Shown here: one piece after another, positions 47,881 through 56,298 of the stretch
Layout: every line of letters begins with the position of its first letter
Position numbering within the stretch: position 1 is the first letter of the stretch
Origin: a virus
Strand: one strand, 5' to 3'
DNA length: 64,000 bases
Virus record (IMG/VR): IMGVR_UViG_3300045051_000172
Span: 1-64,000 of that record
The notes under the pieces: model-generated
What the model was told of the DNA's origin: nothing
Seen by the model: only the letters and a program-made list of their open reading frames with translations
Databases searched by the model: none
Made by a program: the position numbers and the translations under genes

Positions 47881-48198
47881 ATGCAAGCCCTGTATAAAAT
47901 TGAAGGAAATGAATTCAAATCAGCCTTGGCTCAAGAAGGTTTAACTTTATCTGAAGGTTATGAAATCAAGGATTTAGAAGAAGCCGATTTTGAGGCTGCT
48001 CTTAACCAGCATGTTCGTCCTATGCGAAACGATTTGCTAAAAGCTTCTGATTCTAGGTGGATCGAGAAAAGTTCGAAGGCAGAAGATTTGACAGCGATTA
48101 ACTCTTACAAACAAGCTCTTAGGGATTTACCCGATAGTCTTGATTTAGATTCTATCGACTATCTATCTGAAATTGAATGGCCGGTTGAGGGAGAATAA
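47881..48198 (+). CDS. tail fibre assembly chaperone (second copy)
   Basis: RNDLLKASD...YKQALRDLPDSLDLD..DY.SEIEWP, paralogous to 46469. Confidence 0.85.
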   Translation: MQALYKIEGNEFKSALAQEGLTLSEGYEIKDLEEADFEAALNQHVRPMRNDLLKASDSRWIEKSSKAEDLTAINSYKQALRDLPDSLDLDSIDYLSEIEWPVEGE

Positions 48199-48200
48199 TT

Positions 48201-48677
48201 ATGGCAGCACCAACAAGAACAAGATACAGACATCACTACGCTGAAGGAGCCCTTTCCAGTCTTAAGTTAGAAAACGGAAACGGGCATGGAAGCACGAATA
48301 CGGTTATTCGAAGGTTCTCGACTATTGCAGTCAATAATCCTGGAACCTCTGTTACCTTAACTCAAAGTGCGACTCTAGGGGATAGTGTCACTATAAATGA
48401 ATCTGGACTTTATAATATCCAATATGGAGATAGATCTTCGTCTGGTATTCAGACCTTTGGTATTTCAATAAATTCAAGTCAATTAACGACAAATATTGCT
48501 TCAATTACTTCTGGTAATCGAGCAGCTATAGCTCAAAGCATTAGCGGTAACGGTTCGACTCAAATTGGTTTAGATTTAAGACTTTCGGCTGGGGACGTTG
48601 TTAGATGCCATACTGATGGGGCCTTAGACGGAACTGAAGTTCGAACCTATTTCCATATACGAAAAGTAGGGGAATAA
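48201..48677 (+). CDS. fibre-tip-like structural protein
   Basis: VTINESGLYNI...LSAGDVV beta-sandwich pattern. Confidence 0.6.
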   Translation: MAAPTRTRYRHHYAEGALSSLKLENGNGHGSTNTVIRRFSTIAVNNPGTSVTLTQSATLGDSVTINESGLYNIQYGDRSSSGIQTFGISINSSQLTTNIASITSGNRAAIAQSISGNGSTQIGLDLRLSAGDVVRCHTDGALDGTEVRTYFHIRKVGE

Positions 48678-49192
48678 TGTATCCTTTTGACCAGATTCTT
48701 GCTTCCCAGCGCTGGAGCTGGTTCAAAGATCTCTGGGCTCAGAAGCAATACCAACAGGCGATCCTTACTCTTTTCAACGGATGGCCAGACATTACTTATC
48801 CTTGGCGTGAACGCGCAGCGGATGGAACTCTTCTTCCTCGTGGGGAACCTTCTTACAATCGCCTTCTTGAAATTGCTGTTGAAAAATGGGGCAATTACAA
48901 TGACCTTCGTAACTGGAAAAATGTTCTTTGGAGGGAATTTGGACACCTTCAGCAAGGCTGTCTTTGGTTTCCTCTTCACTACCTAGGGTATTGGAGTATC
49001 AATAAACTTTTCCCAGAATATGGGATTTACGGCTTTTTGGCCGCTTGGTCCGCGTTAATTTACTCAGACGCAAAGAAAGAATTCGTCGAAGATGTGGCCG
49101 GAGACGGACGTATGAACGCAAAGAATTATATTGATTTTGTGGTTCGATTGATCCCCGGTATCGCCTTTCTTCTCTATCTTTGGCTTTCCTAA
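48677..49192 (+). CDS. hypothetical membrane protein
   Basis: aromatic/hydrophobic segments; directly before the endolysin. Confidence 0.6.
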   Translation: MYPFDQILASQRWSWFKDLWAQKQYQQAILTLFNGWPDITYPWRERAADGTLLPRGEPSYNRLLEIAVEKWGNYNDLRNWKNVLWREFGHLQQGCLWFPLHYLGYWSINKLFPEYGIYGFLAAWSALIYSDAKKEFVEDVAGDGRMNAKNYIDFVVRLIPGIAFLLYLWLS

Positions 49193-49207
49193 TTTACAGG
49201 AGACCTT

Positions 49208-49807
49208 ATGTTTCGTATAATTGAATTGATCTTAGGTATGCTTAAAGGCGCTCCGAGAGGGAATGATGCACCGGAGAGTCATGAGAAACCTCATACGATT
49301 CCAGCTCGCGAGGCCCATGAAATGTTTAAAGCTGGGGAGAAAGCTTCAGAACTTCCTCCAGGAAAGAAGGACCACATGAAGATTAATTCAAAAGGCCTGG
49401 ATATTCTAAAACAATTTGAAGGTCTAAGACTTAAAGCCTATCAAGACTCAGTTGGGGTCTGGACTATTGGGTACGGGGAGACCAGAGGCGTAAAACCTGG
49501 AATGGTAATTACGGAAGCCGAGGCAGAAGAGATGCTTAAGAACTCCTTAGAAGAATTTGAAGCTGGAGTCGCAGCCTTGACTTCTCAGGTCCATGTAACG
49601 GATAATCAATTTTCGTCTTTAGTTGTATTTGCATACAATGTTGGGCTCGGAAATCTCAAGTCCTCAACTCTACTCAGGAAATTAAACCTTGGGGATTTCA
49701 AAGGAGCGGCGGACGAATTTTTGCGTTGGGATAAAGCTGGGGGGCAGAAGTTAGCCGGGCTTACTCGACGACGAGAGGCTGAAAGAGCCCTGTTCCTTTC
49801 CGCCTAA
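49208..49807 (+). CDS. endolysin, GH24 (T4/lambda-like) lysozyme
   Basis: FEGLRLKAYQDSVGVWTIGYG; FAYNVG; GLTRRREAE. Confidence 0.95.
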   Translation: MFRIIELILGMLKGAPRGNDAPESHEKPHTIPAREAHEMFKAGEKASELPPGKKDHMKINSKGLDILKQFEGLRLKAYQDSVGVWTIGYGETRGVKPGMVITEAEAEEMLKNSLEEFEAGVAALTSQVHVTDNQFSSLVVFAYNVGLGNLKSSTLLRKLNLGDFKGAADEFLRWDKAGGQKLAGLTRRREAERALFLSA

Positions 49808-49809
49808 GC

Positions 49810-49818
49810 TGTTATACT
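49810..49818 (+). promoter_or_regulatory. extended -10 promoter for tRNA-like RNA
   Basis: TG-T-TATACT, 5 nt before 49824. Confidence 0.5.
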
Positions 49819-49823
49819 GATTT

Positions 49824-49895
49824 GGCAGGGAGATCAAGGATCAACTGAGCCTCATAAGCTCGGACAGCCGAGGGCGGTATTCGGCCCTGCAACCA
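49824..49895 (+). tRNA. atypical tRNA-Met(CAT)-like RNA with encoded CCA
   Basis: GGCAGGG/CCCTGCA-A-CCA; anticodon arm TGAGC-CTCATAA-GCTCG; 5-nt variable loop; T-arm CCGAG-GGCGGTA-TTCGG; D-arm GATC-AAG-GATC. Confidence 0.7.
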
Positions 49896-49913
49896 ATTAT
49901 TCCGATAACCCGA

Positions 49914-49951
49914 TTATTAAGATCATCTGAATAGCTCGTTTATCTTAATAA
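49914..49951. terminator. hairpin between convergent transcription units
   Basis: perfect 10-bp inverted repeat TTATTAAGAT/ATCTTAATAA. Confidence 0.45.
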
Positions 49952-49979
49952 CCTACCCGCAATTTGAACCCGCAGTTTT

Positions 49980-50297
49980 TCAGACTTTTTCTACCTGGAC
50001 AATTTTTATCTCTTTGGAATCATTGAGTTTTTGAAGCAAATCTGCCTTTTCTCGAACCAGCAATTTATTTGCCTTTCTAAGGTCCATGACTTCGTCCGCC
50101 AGACGCATCATTTTGCGAACCATGGGATTCCAGTCTTCCCCGCGAGCGCGAAACTTCTCAGCCCGCATCAATAGATACTCTTCCGGGGTCATTGAGCCTC
50201 GGACTTCATCTTTTGATTTGTGGTGTTGCTTTTGTTGCTTGGCCCTATTCCTCAGAGCCTGTAAATCTTGTTGAAACTTCTTCAATCGTTTGCTCAT
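49980..50297 (-). CDS. hypothetical coiled-coil protein
   Basis: 105 aa, GGAG RBS. Confidence 0.65.
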   Translation of the reverse strand: MSKRLKKFQQDLQALRNRAKQQKQHHKSKDEVRGSMTPEEYLLMRAEKFRARGEDWNPMVRKMMRLADEVMDLRKANKLLVREKADLLQKLNDSKEIKIVQVEKV

Positions 50298-50508
50298 TTT
50301 GAATGTCTCCTCTCATGGCTTGAAACATAAGTCTATAGCGCCCAATTTGGGTTCCAGGAAGGAACTGTTGGTAAAGATGGTAGCCGAAGTAATTCTCTTC
50401 GAACCAGACGCCCCTATATTCTCTTGGACGCTTTTTGAGAAGATATTGAAAGGCGACGTAGTTTCTCTTGTTTAGGGCTCTCGTCTCGGGGGTATTCATG
50501 TCATGCAT
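50245..50508 (-). CDS. hypothetical protein
   Basis: 87 aa ORF in operon. Confidence 0.5.
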   Translation of the reverse strand: MHDMNTPETRALNKRNYVAFQYLLKKRPREYRGVWFEENYFGYHLYQQFLPGTQIGRYRLMFQAMRGDIQNEQTIEEVSTRFTGSEE

Positions 50509-50511
50509 TAG

Positions 50512-50679
50512 TTAATCTCCCGAAAGTTCCTTGGACAGAGTGTTCTGAATGTAAAAGAGAGCTTCCTCTTGTGTATCAAATATGGGTTTTAGAAGTTTTC
50601 CTGTTTGATGACTTAGAATTCGATACTTGTCGCCTTCCTTCTGGATCTCATATTTTCTGGGCTTCCATTCCATTGTCAT
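50512..50679 (-). CDS. small hypothetical protein
   Basis: 55 aa MTMEWKPRKYEIQKEGDKYRILSHQTG..., GAGG RBS. Confidence 0.55.
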   Translation of the reverse strand: MTMEWKPRKYEIQKEGDKYRILSHQTGKLLKPIFDTQEEALFYIQNTLSKELSGD

Positions 50680-50808
50680 TTCCTCTTCGGTTTATAAGTC
50701 CCATTTTCCAAAATTAATTTTGATCTTCGGTCCCGATTGGGATTTCTCCGACTAATCAAATGGCTTGCAACTCCCAGCCAAAATGACCAGGAAGCAAGAC
50801 TCATAGTT

Positions 50809-51513
50809 TTAGTCGTCTCCTCGATCCTCGGGAAAACAGTCTTTACAAGCTTCATCATTGCAAGGCGGTCCTTTTGCGAGATCCTCAAATAAGTCTGAGT
50901 GCTCGTCCATAATCTTCTTCGCAACTTCCATTACTTTAGATTTTCTTAAATCCAACACGGCCCTCATGGCTACTTCCATTTCTTCTACCGTAAGTTGCGT
51001 ATTCCTCATAATATTACAGCTTCCACAGCATGGCAAGACGTTAGAAAGCTCGTATCCCTTTGAATTGTCTATTCGATCCAAACTAGCTCCCGGGCCTTTT
51101 AATATTGGAGTAGAACAATAATGACAGGGTTTTCGAACCAGTTCGGAATATTCATTAAGGGTTAGTTCCCAAGATAAATTTCTCCTGCGAGCGTTGCTTC
51201 GAGCCAAGCCGAAACGAGATGAAATGTAATCTTTTCGTATCTTCTTTCTGAAACAATTCGAACAACTATTCTTTGTAGAACTTACTGTAATTCCGCAGTC
51301 CGGACAAGGTTCTCTTTTTTTACTTCGATTCTTTTTGACTGTCCTGGATGCGTAACAACCCCCACAGATGGGTCCCTTATACCAGCGAGAACTTCTAGTA
51401 ATCTCGCAAAGAGTGCATTTATTATCCTCCCTGGAAAGCATGTAACATGAGTGGCAAATTTTACCTCTATAGACTCTCGGTCCTAGCTGATTTTTACAGA
51501 GAGAGCAGGTCAT
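50809..51513 (-). CDS. multi-zinc-finger HNH-like endonuclease
   Basis: several CxxC pairs; PCHYC...LDRIDNSKGY...NVLPCCGSCNIMR. Confidence 0.75.
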   Translation of the reverse strand: MTCSLCKNQLGPRVYRGKICHSCYMLSREDNKCTLCEITRSSRWYKGPICGGCYASRTVKKNRSKKREPCPDCGITVSSTKNSCSNCFRKKIRKDYISSRFGLARSNARRRNLSWELTLNEYSELVRKPCHYCSTPILKGPGASLDRIDNSKGYELSNVLPCCGSCNIMRNTQLTVEEMEVAMRAVLDLRKSKVMEVAKKIMDEHSDLFEDLAKGPPCNDEACKDCFPEDRGDD

Positions 51514-51887
51514 TTTAAAAGATACGTCCTTTTCATTATCCACTCAGTAGCCTCTTTATCGTCTACGCTCCATGAGGGTTTACTCATAATCATATCTACA
51601 TAGGAAGTCAGTCCTAATCTTTCTATTACTTTTCGAGCCCAATGATGTCCCCCATCCGACCAAACTATGATAAAGAAATCTCTGGCAGCGAATTCTTTCA
51701 GAAGTTTTATGTGGGGAGTTATGGGAAAGAGGAGTTCACTGCGTCCCGGTTCTCCGAATTCAATAGGTGCGCTATCTCCATACAGCTTCTCTGTTGGAGT
51801 AACCAAGGTGTCATCAATATCAAAACAAGCAACTCTATCTGAGTTTACAAAGAGGGGGCCGAGAGAAGATGCTTTGTAGGTCTTCAT
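51510..51887 (-). CDS. HAD-superfamily phosphatase (capless, PNK-phosphatase-like)
   Basis: FDIDDTLV motif I, WSDGG, K, VDD. Confidence 0.8.
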   Translation of the reverse strand: MKTYKASSLGPLFVNSDRVACFDIDDTLVTPTEKLYGDSAPIEFGEPGRSELLFPITPHIKLLKEFAARDFFIIVWSDGGHHWARKVIERLGLTSYVDMIMSKPSWSVDDKEATEWIMKRTYLLK

Positions 51888-52618
51888 TTCTTTTCCTCCG
51901 GCTTCGGCAATAGATTGTTTTCGGCTAAGAGAACTTCTAGGGTTCGTCGGAATCTCTCATACAAAGACTGTCTCAGACGGTTTTGGGCTGAGATGCCAAA
52001 ACTCTCTGTGAACTTCTTTTCAATTTCTTTGACCGCCGCAAGGGCTTCTTCTTTGGAGGTCCAAGCATATTTCTTGTCGGCCTCAACTTCGAGGAACCTT
52101 CCGGTCTCTTTAAAATCCGTGTCGTAGGTAATATAGTAAACCCCGGTCGTATGGTTTTTGAACTTGTAAATCCAGCACATCTTGTAAATCTCGAAATTGA
52201 ATAGGTATCCGCGCTCGCGAGCTTCTTCGAGAACCTTGGACAAGTCAACCTTTAACTGGATCGCCGCATTCGAGGGTTGTTTTAAAACAGACCCCTTATC
52301 GATCCCCGTCATCTTTAAAAACTTGTTGTAGGTATTGATGTCAGAGTCCACTTCCAGATCGATCTCCTCGCGCACGTTGTTGTTGTGCTCGATGGTCTTC
52401 CTCTTAGAGGTCAACTCTCGGAATCCCGTTCCGGGCCCGCCTCGATCTCGAATGAACATCTCAAGGTTATCTTTGTGGGTGTAATAATAATCCCATGACC
52501 CGATTTCGATAAACTCGGCAGGCTCTAGGGATTCGAAGAATTTCTTAGCTTTTGAAAGGGAGATCTCATTGGCGAGATATTTAAACTCCAGTTCAGTAAA
52601 TTCAAAGAGTTCAGGCAT
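51884..52618 (-). CDS. CYTH (triphosphate tunnel metalloenzyme) domain protein
   Basis: ExExK (ELEFKY), DYYY, IRDR, LTSKRK, REEID, FLEVE. Confidence 0.8.
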   Translation of the reverse strand: MPELFEFTELEFKYLANEISLSKAKKFFESLEPAEFIEIGSWDYYYTHKDNLEMFIRDRGGPGTGFRELTSKRKTIEHNNNVREEIDLEVDSDINTYNKFLKMTGIDKGSVLKQPSNAAIQLKVDLSKVLEEARERGYLFNFEIYKMCWIYKFKNHTTGVYYITYDTDFKETGRFLEVEADKKYAWTSKEEALAAVKEIEKKFTESFGISAQNRLRQSLYERFRRTLEVLLAENNLLPKPEEKK

Positions 52619-54143
52619 ATATGATCTCCGCTGCGAATTGGTTTCTGTAAATGTCCAATCTTTCCTCCAAATGCCTTTCTTGGAATTTAGTTCCTTCGAA
52701 TAGAAAATCATGTACCCAACCAATGTCTTTACCTTCGGCCAAGCGTGCAACTCGTCCTACGGCTTGGGTAATCTTAATCTCAGACTTGCCGCCGGTCGCG
52801 AGCAATAAATGGTTGGTTGAATAAACATCAATGCCTTCTCCAATGACCGTAGATCCGATCATGTTGCGGAGTTCCTTTTTATTGAACGCTCGAATCGTTT
52901 CTTTGACGTGAGCCTTCTTGTCGTCCCCGGAAACGAACGTAGACTCAATCTTGTTGAGCTTGAGGTATTCTTGAATCAATTTGCCTGATCCGTCTTTTCG
53001 GTCTACTAGAGTAAGCATTTGATTCTCTTCTGGAACATCTTTAATAATGTTCAAAATTTTGTTCAATAATGGGACGCTACCACAATAATTCTTCTCGTAC
53101 TCTTTTTGGTAGTTCATCATTGCCTTACCCGGGAGCCGGTGAACGATGACTTTGATTGGAGTGATGAATCCATCTTCTACGGCTTTCCAGGCTGGATAGT
53201 GATACAGGCGATTACTGAGAACGCCCCAGAGGTCTAAAGTCTTCGAGTCGTTTCTTAAGAAAGTTCCCGTGAACCCATATCGATAATAAATGTGCTCCAG
53301 CATTGGAAGAAGATCTGTGTAAGATTTCGATGCCGCATGGTGAAATTCATCCATGATAAGCATGTTTACGTCGCCAATCAATTCGTGAAGAAGTCCGGAA
53401 TCTTGAAGGCTGGCTAGGGTCGCAACGGTGACGAAACGAATTGGCTTCAGTTTGGTCTTGCCCTTTTTGATATCGGCTGCTGAGATTACTTGAACGAAAG
53501 TTTTCCCAAAGGCTTCTGTAAAGTCATCGGCGGTCTGTTGCAAAAGGAAGACTGCTGGAATCACGATCAAGGTAGTGACTCTCTTATCGAAAGTGACCTC
53601 TTTCATCATGTAAGTTTTTCCCGATGCAACGCAGGACTCTACGACGCCTCGTTCTTCAACTCTCAAAATTTCCGCAACTTCAGACTGATAGTAACGTGGA
53701 GGCAAAGGCTCTACTTTCCATTTGAAACGATGTTCTTGCTTGGGTACGATCCGAAGATCTCTTATGGTGTATGCAGGAGCCTTGGCTTCTTTTAGGACGT
53801 TCTTAACGATGCCTATGAGCCCTGTAGGAAACCGATTGTCGTCCAAAAGCAAACAGGCCGTTTCTTCGGCCTCAAATCGACGCAGCATCGCCTGGAGCTG
53901 TCTAATGTGTCCCTCGATGTCTTGTCCCGTTTCCGCCATCTTTTTTGCCAGATATGGGGAGGGGTTGCCGGATCTCCGCGCCATGTGAGCAAACTTCAGA
54001 GCACGAAGAGTTTCAATCTTCTTCTGAGTTGCTTCTTCGTCTTTATACGTTAGAGCACTTCGGACATACGAAATGAAAGAGGCTTCGAAATCCTGCAAAG
54101 TGCAATACGAGTTCCTAAGAACTATTGTGGGGGATTTACCCAT
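52611..54143 (-). CDS. superfamily 2 DNA helicase (UvsW-like)
   Basis: ASGKT, DEFHH, TGT, GEGID, QAVGRVAR. Confidence 0.88.
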   Translation of the reverse strand: MGKSPTIVLRNSYCTLQDFEASFISYVRSALTYKDEEATQKKIETLRALKFAHMARRSGNPSPYLAKKMAETGQDIEGHIRQLQAMLRRFEAEETACLLLDDNRFPTGLIGIVKNVLKEAKAPAYTIRDLRIVPKQEHRFKWKVEPLPPRYYQSEVAEILRVEERGVVESCVASGKTYMMKEVTFDKRVTTLIVIPAVFLLQQTADDFTEAFGKTFVQVISAADIKKGKTKLKPIRFVTVATLASLQDSGLLHELIGDVNMLIMDEFHHAASKSYTDLLPMLEHIYYRYGFTGTFLRNDSKTLDLWGVLSNRLYHYPAWKAVEDGFITPIKVIVHRLPGKAMMNYQKEYEKNYCGSVPLLNKILNIIKDVPEENQMLTLVDRKDGSGKLIQEYLKLNKIESTFVSGDDKKAHVKETIRAFNKKELRNMIGSTVIGEGIDVYSTNHLLLATGGKSEIKITQAVGRVARLAEGKDIGWVHDFLFEGTKFQERHLEERLDIYRNQFAAEIIYA

Positions 54144-54176
54144 TCAATTAAAGGGTAAGATAGTTTACGGATTTAG

Positions 54177-54350
54177 TCAAGAAGGTTCCATACCAGTGAA
54201 CTTGTATTCCTCGTCCTCAGCATGTTCTATGGCCTTCATGAGTTCGAGCGCGTGCTGGACAGTCAGAGAATCTGCCATCTCTTGCGCGTTACGGCGAGCA
54301 TCCTTGGCCTTTATGAGCCCTTTAGAAAGCTCCGTACAAATGATACACAT
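54177..54350 (-). CDS. small hypothetical protein
   Basis: 57 aa MCIICTELSKGLIKAKDARRNAQEM... Confidence 0.55.
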   Translation of the reverse strand: MCIICTELSKGLIKAKDARRNAQEMADSLTVQHALELMKAIEHAEDEEYKFTGMEPS

Positions 54351-54354
54351 GAAA

Positions 54355-54555
54355 TTATCCTAAGAGTTTATAAGCAACTACGGCCAGGCCGAGCAGTAAG
54401 GCTCCAGCAGCAACAACTGCCGCCAATGCGGTTAATTGAGCCATTGCGACTCCGAGAGTAGCTTTATAGGCCACTTGAAAAGGCTTATCTGTTGCGCTCG
54501 CAATTGCTGCGATTACTTTTGAAGTTCCATCACTTTGTTGATTTGGATTTCTCAT
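54355..54555 (-). CDS. small membrane protein
   Basis: hydrophobic C-half. Confidence 0.55.
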   Translation of the reverse strand: MRNPNQQSDGTSKVIAAIASATDKPFQVAYKATLGVAMAQLTALAAVVAAGALLLGLAVVAYKLLG

Positions 54556-54668
54556 TGACCAACCCCTAAAAGACCAAGCAAAAGTCCTCCGATTACCAGA
54601 GTTGCTTGAATTGCAACAGTTACGATGATAAGTCCAATTCCTAATTTAATTCCGTCTACGATTGTCAT
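54552..54668 (-). CDS. small membrane protein
   Basis: 38 aa MTIVDGIKLGIGLIIVTVAIQATLVIGGLLLGLLGVGQ; overlaps both neighbours. Confidence 0.5.
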   Translation of the reverse strand: MTIVDGIKLGIGLIIVTVAIQATLVIGGLLLGLLGVGQ

Positions 54669-55015
54669 TATTTTTTCTCCTTAAGTTCTGATTCATCCAA
54701 CCAAACAGTAGCCTGAATTCCATTACCACATGAGATTCGTACCTTATAAGCATTGGATTTAATAGATAAACTTTCTTCGGCATCTCGTTTGTAGTAGTTT
54801 CTGAAATCTTCTATTCCAAAATTTTCGTTGGCGACGCAACGACGATAGGGAGATTCTGCGCCAAAAGAAACCTCAACGGTTTCACCTAGAGAGAATTTGT
54901 AAGGAGGAAAGGGAGTATGTTTTGGGACACAAAGATAAAAGGGAACCGCTATGGCTGCAAAAACTGCGACGACCGCCAACCCGCAAAGAAGGTTGTGTTT
55001 AACCGTCTTTTTCAT
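54668..55015 (-). CDS. membrane-anchored hypothetical protein
   Basis: N-terminal TM; SH3-like PYKFSLGETVEV. Confidence 0.65.
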   Translation of the reverse strand: MKKTVKHNLLCGLAVVAVFAAIAVPFYLCVPKHTPFPPYKFSLGETVEVSFGAESPYRRCVANENFGIEDFRNYYKRDAEESLSIKSNAYKVRISCGNGIQATVWLDESELKEKK

Positions 55016-55473
55016 TCATCATCCTCAGAGTCATCATTTAAAATATTATTTTTTGCGTATTCGATCAGATAGAGTCTGGGAGCAAAAACTGCTTTCAAAA
55101 GATTTCTAAATTGTCCGAGAATTTCGCCCAAAGCAAAGAAAGAAGCAACTATAGTGGCGACATGAACAAAATTCCAAAATCCATCCGGATATTTTAAGTA
55201 CCGTGGATCTTCTTCTGGATTAAGAGGAGTTATTTGATATTGGTGAATGAAATAAGAAATTGTTCCTAGGATCACTAGGTATACCAGGGCAACCCCCATT
55301 TGATAGAGGGAATCGTAGATTCCATCAAATTTTATGATTTCTTTACAAACTTGAGGAATCTCTTTTTTCGCAAAACTCTTGGCTTCTGACGCCGCACTTA
55401 AGATTCCCTCTGCTGAAGAATGCAAAAGTTTAGATAATTCTTTTTGAGCTGCTTTACTTACTTTCATTTTCAT
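55012..55473 (-). CDS. membrane protein, two TM helices
   Basis: two hydrophobic segments; ends APRLYLIEY. Confidence 0.65.
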   Translation of the reverse strand: MKMKVSKAAQKELSKLLHSSAEGILSAASEAKSFAKKEIPQVCKEIIKFDGIYDSLYQMGVALVYLVILGTISYFIHQYQITPLNPEEDPRYLKYPDGFWNFVHVATIVASFFALGEILGQFRNLLKAVFAPRLYLIEYAKNNILNDDSEDDE

Positions 55474-55666
55474 CCCCTCCGACTTTGATTGAAAATCCCG
55501 TCACTTTTCTCCAGTTCCATCCGAGCACTCCCCCAACTAACATGCATAAAAGTGTTCTAGTTCCAGAGGGTTGCATCAAGTTGTTGATAACCATTCCCGT
55601 CAAAAGACATGCAATTGTCAACGATGCGAAGTGTGATAGTCCGTGAAGAAATCCATTTTGCTTCAT
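55454..55666 (-). CDS. small membrane protein
   Basis: two short hydrophobic helices. Confidence 0.55.
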   Translation of the reverse strand: MKQNGFLHGLSHFASLTIACLLTGMVINNLMQPSGTRTLLCMLVGGVLGWNWRKVTGFSIKVGGDENESK

Positions 55667-55672
55667 GCATTC

Positions 55673-55713
55673 AGGTTAATGCACTTGATTCTTTTTGTCA
55701 ATCGGGGTATTCT
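55673..55713. promoter_or_regulatory. overlapping divergent sigma70 promoters
   Basis: minus TTGACA-N17-TAACCT; plus TTGATT-N17-TATTCT pointing into the structured RNA. Confidence 0.7.
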
Positions 55714-55719
55714 AAAAAA

Positions 55720-56185
55720 GTTCGGTGCCTTGGGACTAGGTGCGAATCCTAGCTTGCCTCATGAGGTGAAAACATTGTGAGGTACTGGTACAGGCGAATA
55801 GCTTGTGCTGAGGAACTAACCAAGAGGCACGTTAAATACTTTCTACCGCAGTTGACTACTGTGCGGTTAGAAGTACGCTCCAATGAGGTAACTCAAAGGA
55901 GTAGAATAGGCGAAGAGCTGATTGGTTCCATATCCTCAGTGTTAAGGGCTTTACTCTTAGGAACATATTTCCCTAAGATCCTAGACATCAGTTCCCAAAC
56001 TTATGAAGTAATTTCATGAGGTTAGGGAGCTTTTGTCTTTAAGGCTAGTAAACCTAAGCGGGACCAAGGGACACCACATGATAAATCGAAGGGTTGGAAG
56101 TTAGAGTTTACTGATGCGTCGGGCCATAGTGTCAAAATCCTAACGGGACACACTTTCAAGAATGTGGGCTAGTCTCCAAGCATTC
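55720..56185 (+). ncRNA. large (~460 nt) highly structured ncRNA candidate, family unassigned
   Basis: own promoter; ~13-bp 5'/3' closing helix; more than 10 internal helices, many with G-U pairs valid only on the plus strand; GNRA and T-loop-like loops; no credible CDS over most of its length. Confidence 0.7.
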
Positions 56186-56298
56186 AGATTCTTCCGATTG
56201 ATCCTCTTTTTGATTTCTTTCTTCACCCGAGCCAGGGTGACTTCTTTTAAAGTAATCTTTAATTTCTTTGCGAAATAATATTTAGATTCAAGAGTCAT
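56140..56298 (-). CDS. small basic hypothetical protein
   Basis: 52 aa MTLESKYYFAKKLKITLKEV..., ATGA-coupled; its 3' end overlaps the ncRNA 3' end in antisense. Confidence 0.45.
   Translation of the reverse strand: MTLESKYYFAKKLKITLKEVTLARVKKEIKKRINRKNLNAWRLAHILESVSR

Noticed and set aside
48677-49192. Holin call for the gene before the endolysin
   Set aside because: Position fits, but TM topology is unclear and no holin family motif was recognised; left as a membrane hypothetical
14032-49807. Stand-alone contractile injection system or tailocin
   Set aside because: The flanks carry phage replication and accessory genes (ligases, helicase, dUTPase, chaperonin) at phage-like density; head genes are probably outside the window
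55740-55745. Group II intron start (GTGCG) in the large RNA
   Set aside because: GTGCG lies within a hairpin loop, no domain V with an AGC/CGC triad was found, and there are no interrupted exons
55777-56019. 80-aa ORF inside the large RNA
   Set aside because: GTG start without an RBS, no recognisable protein features, and it runs across dense helices; likely a chance ORF
55720-56185. tmRNA or RNase P identity for the large RNA
   Set aside because: No Ala acceptor with G3-U70 and CCA, no tag ORF ending in Ala-Ala, and no GAGGAAAGUCC or other P4 consensus
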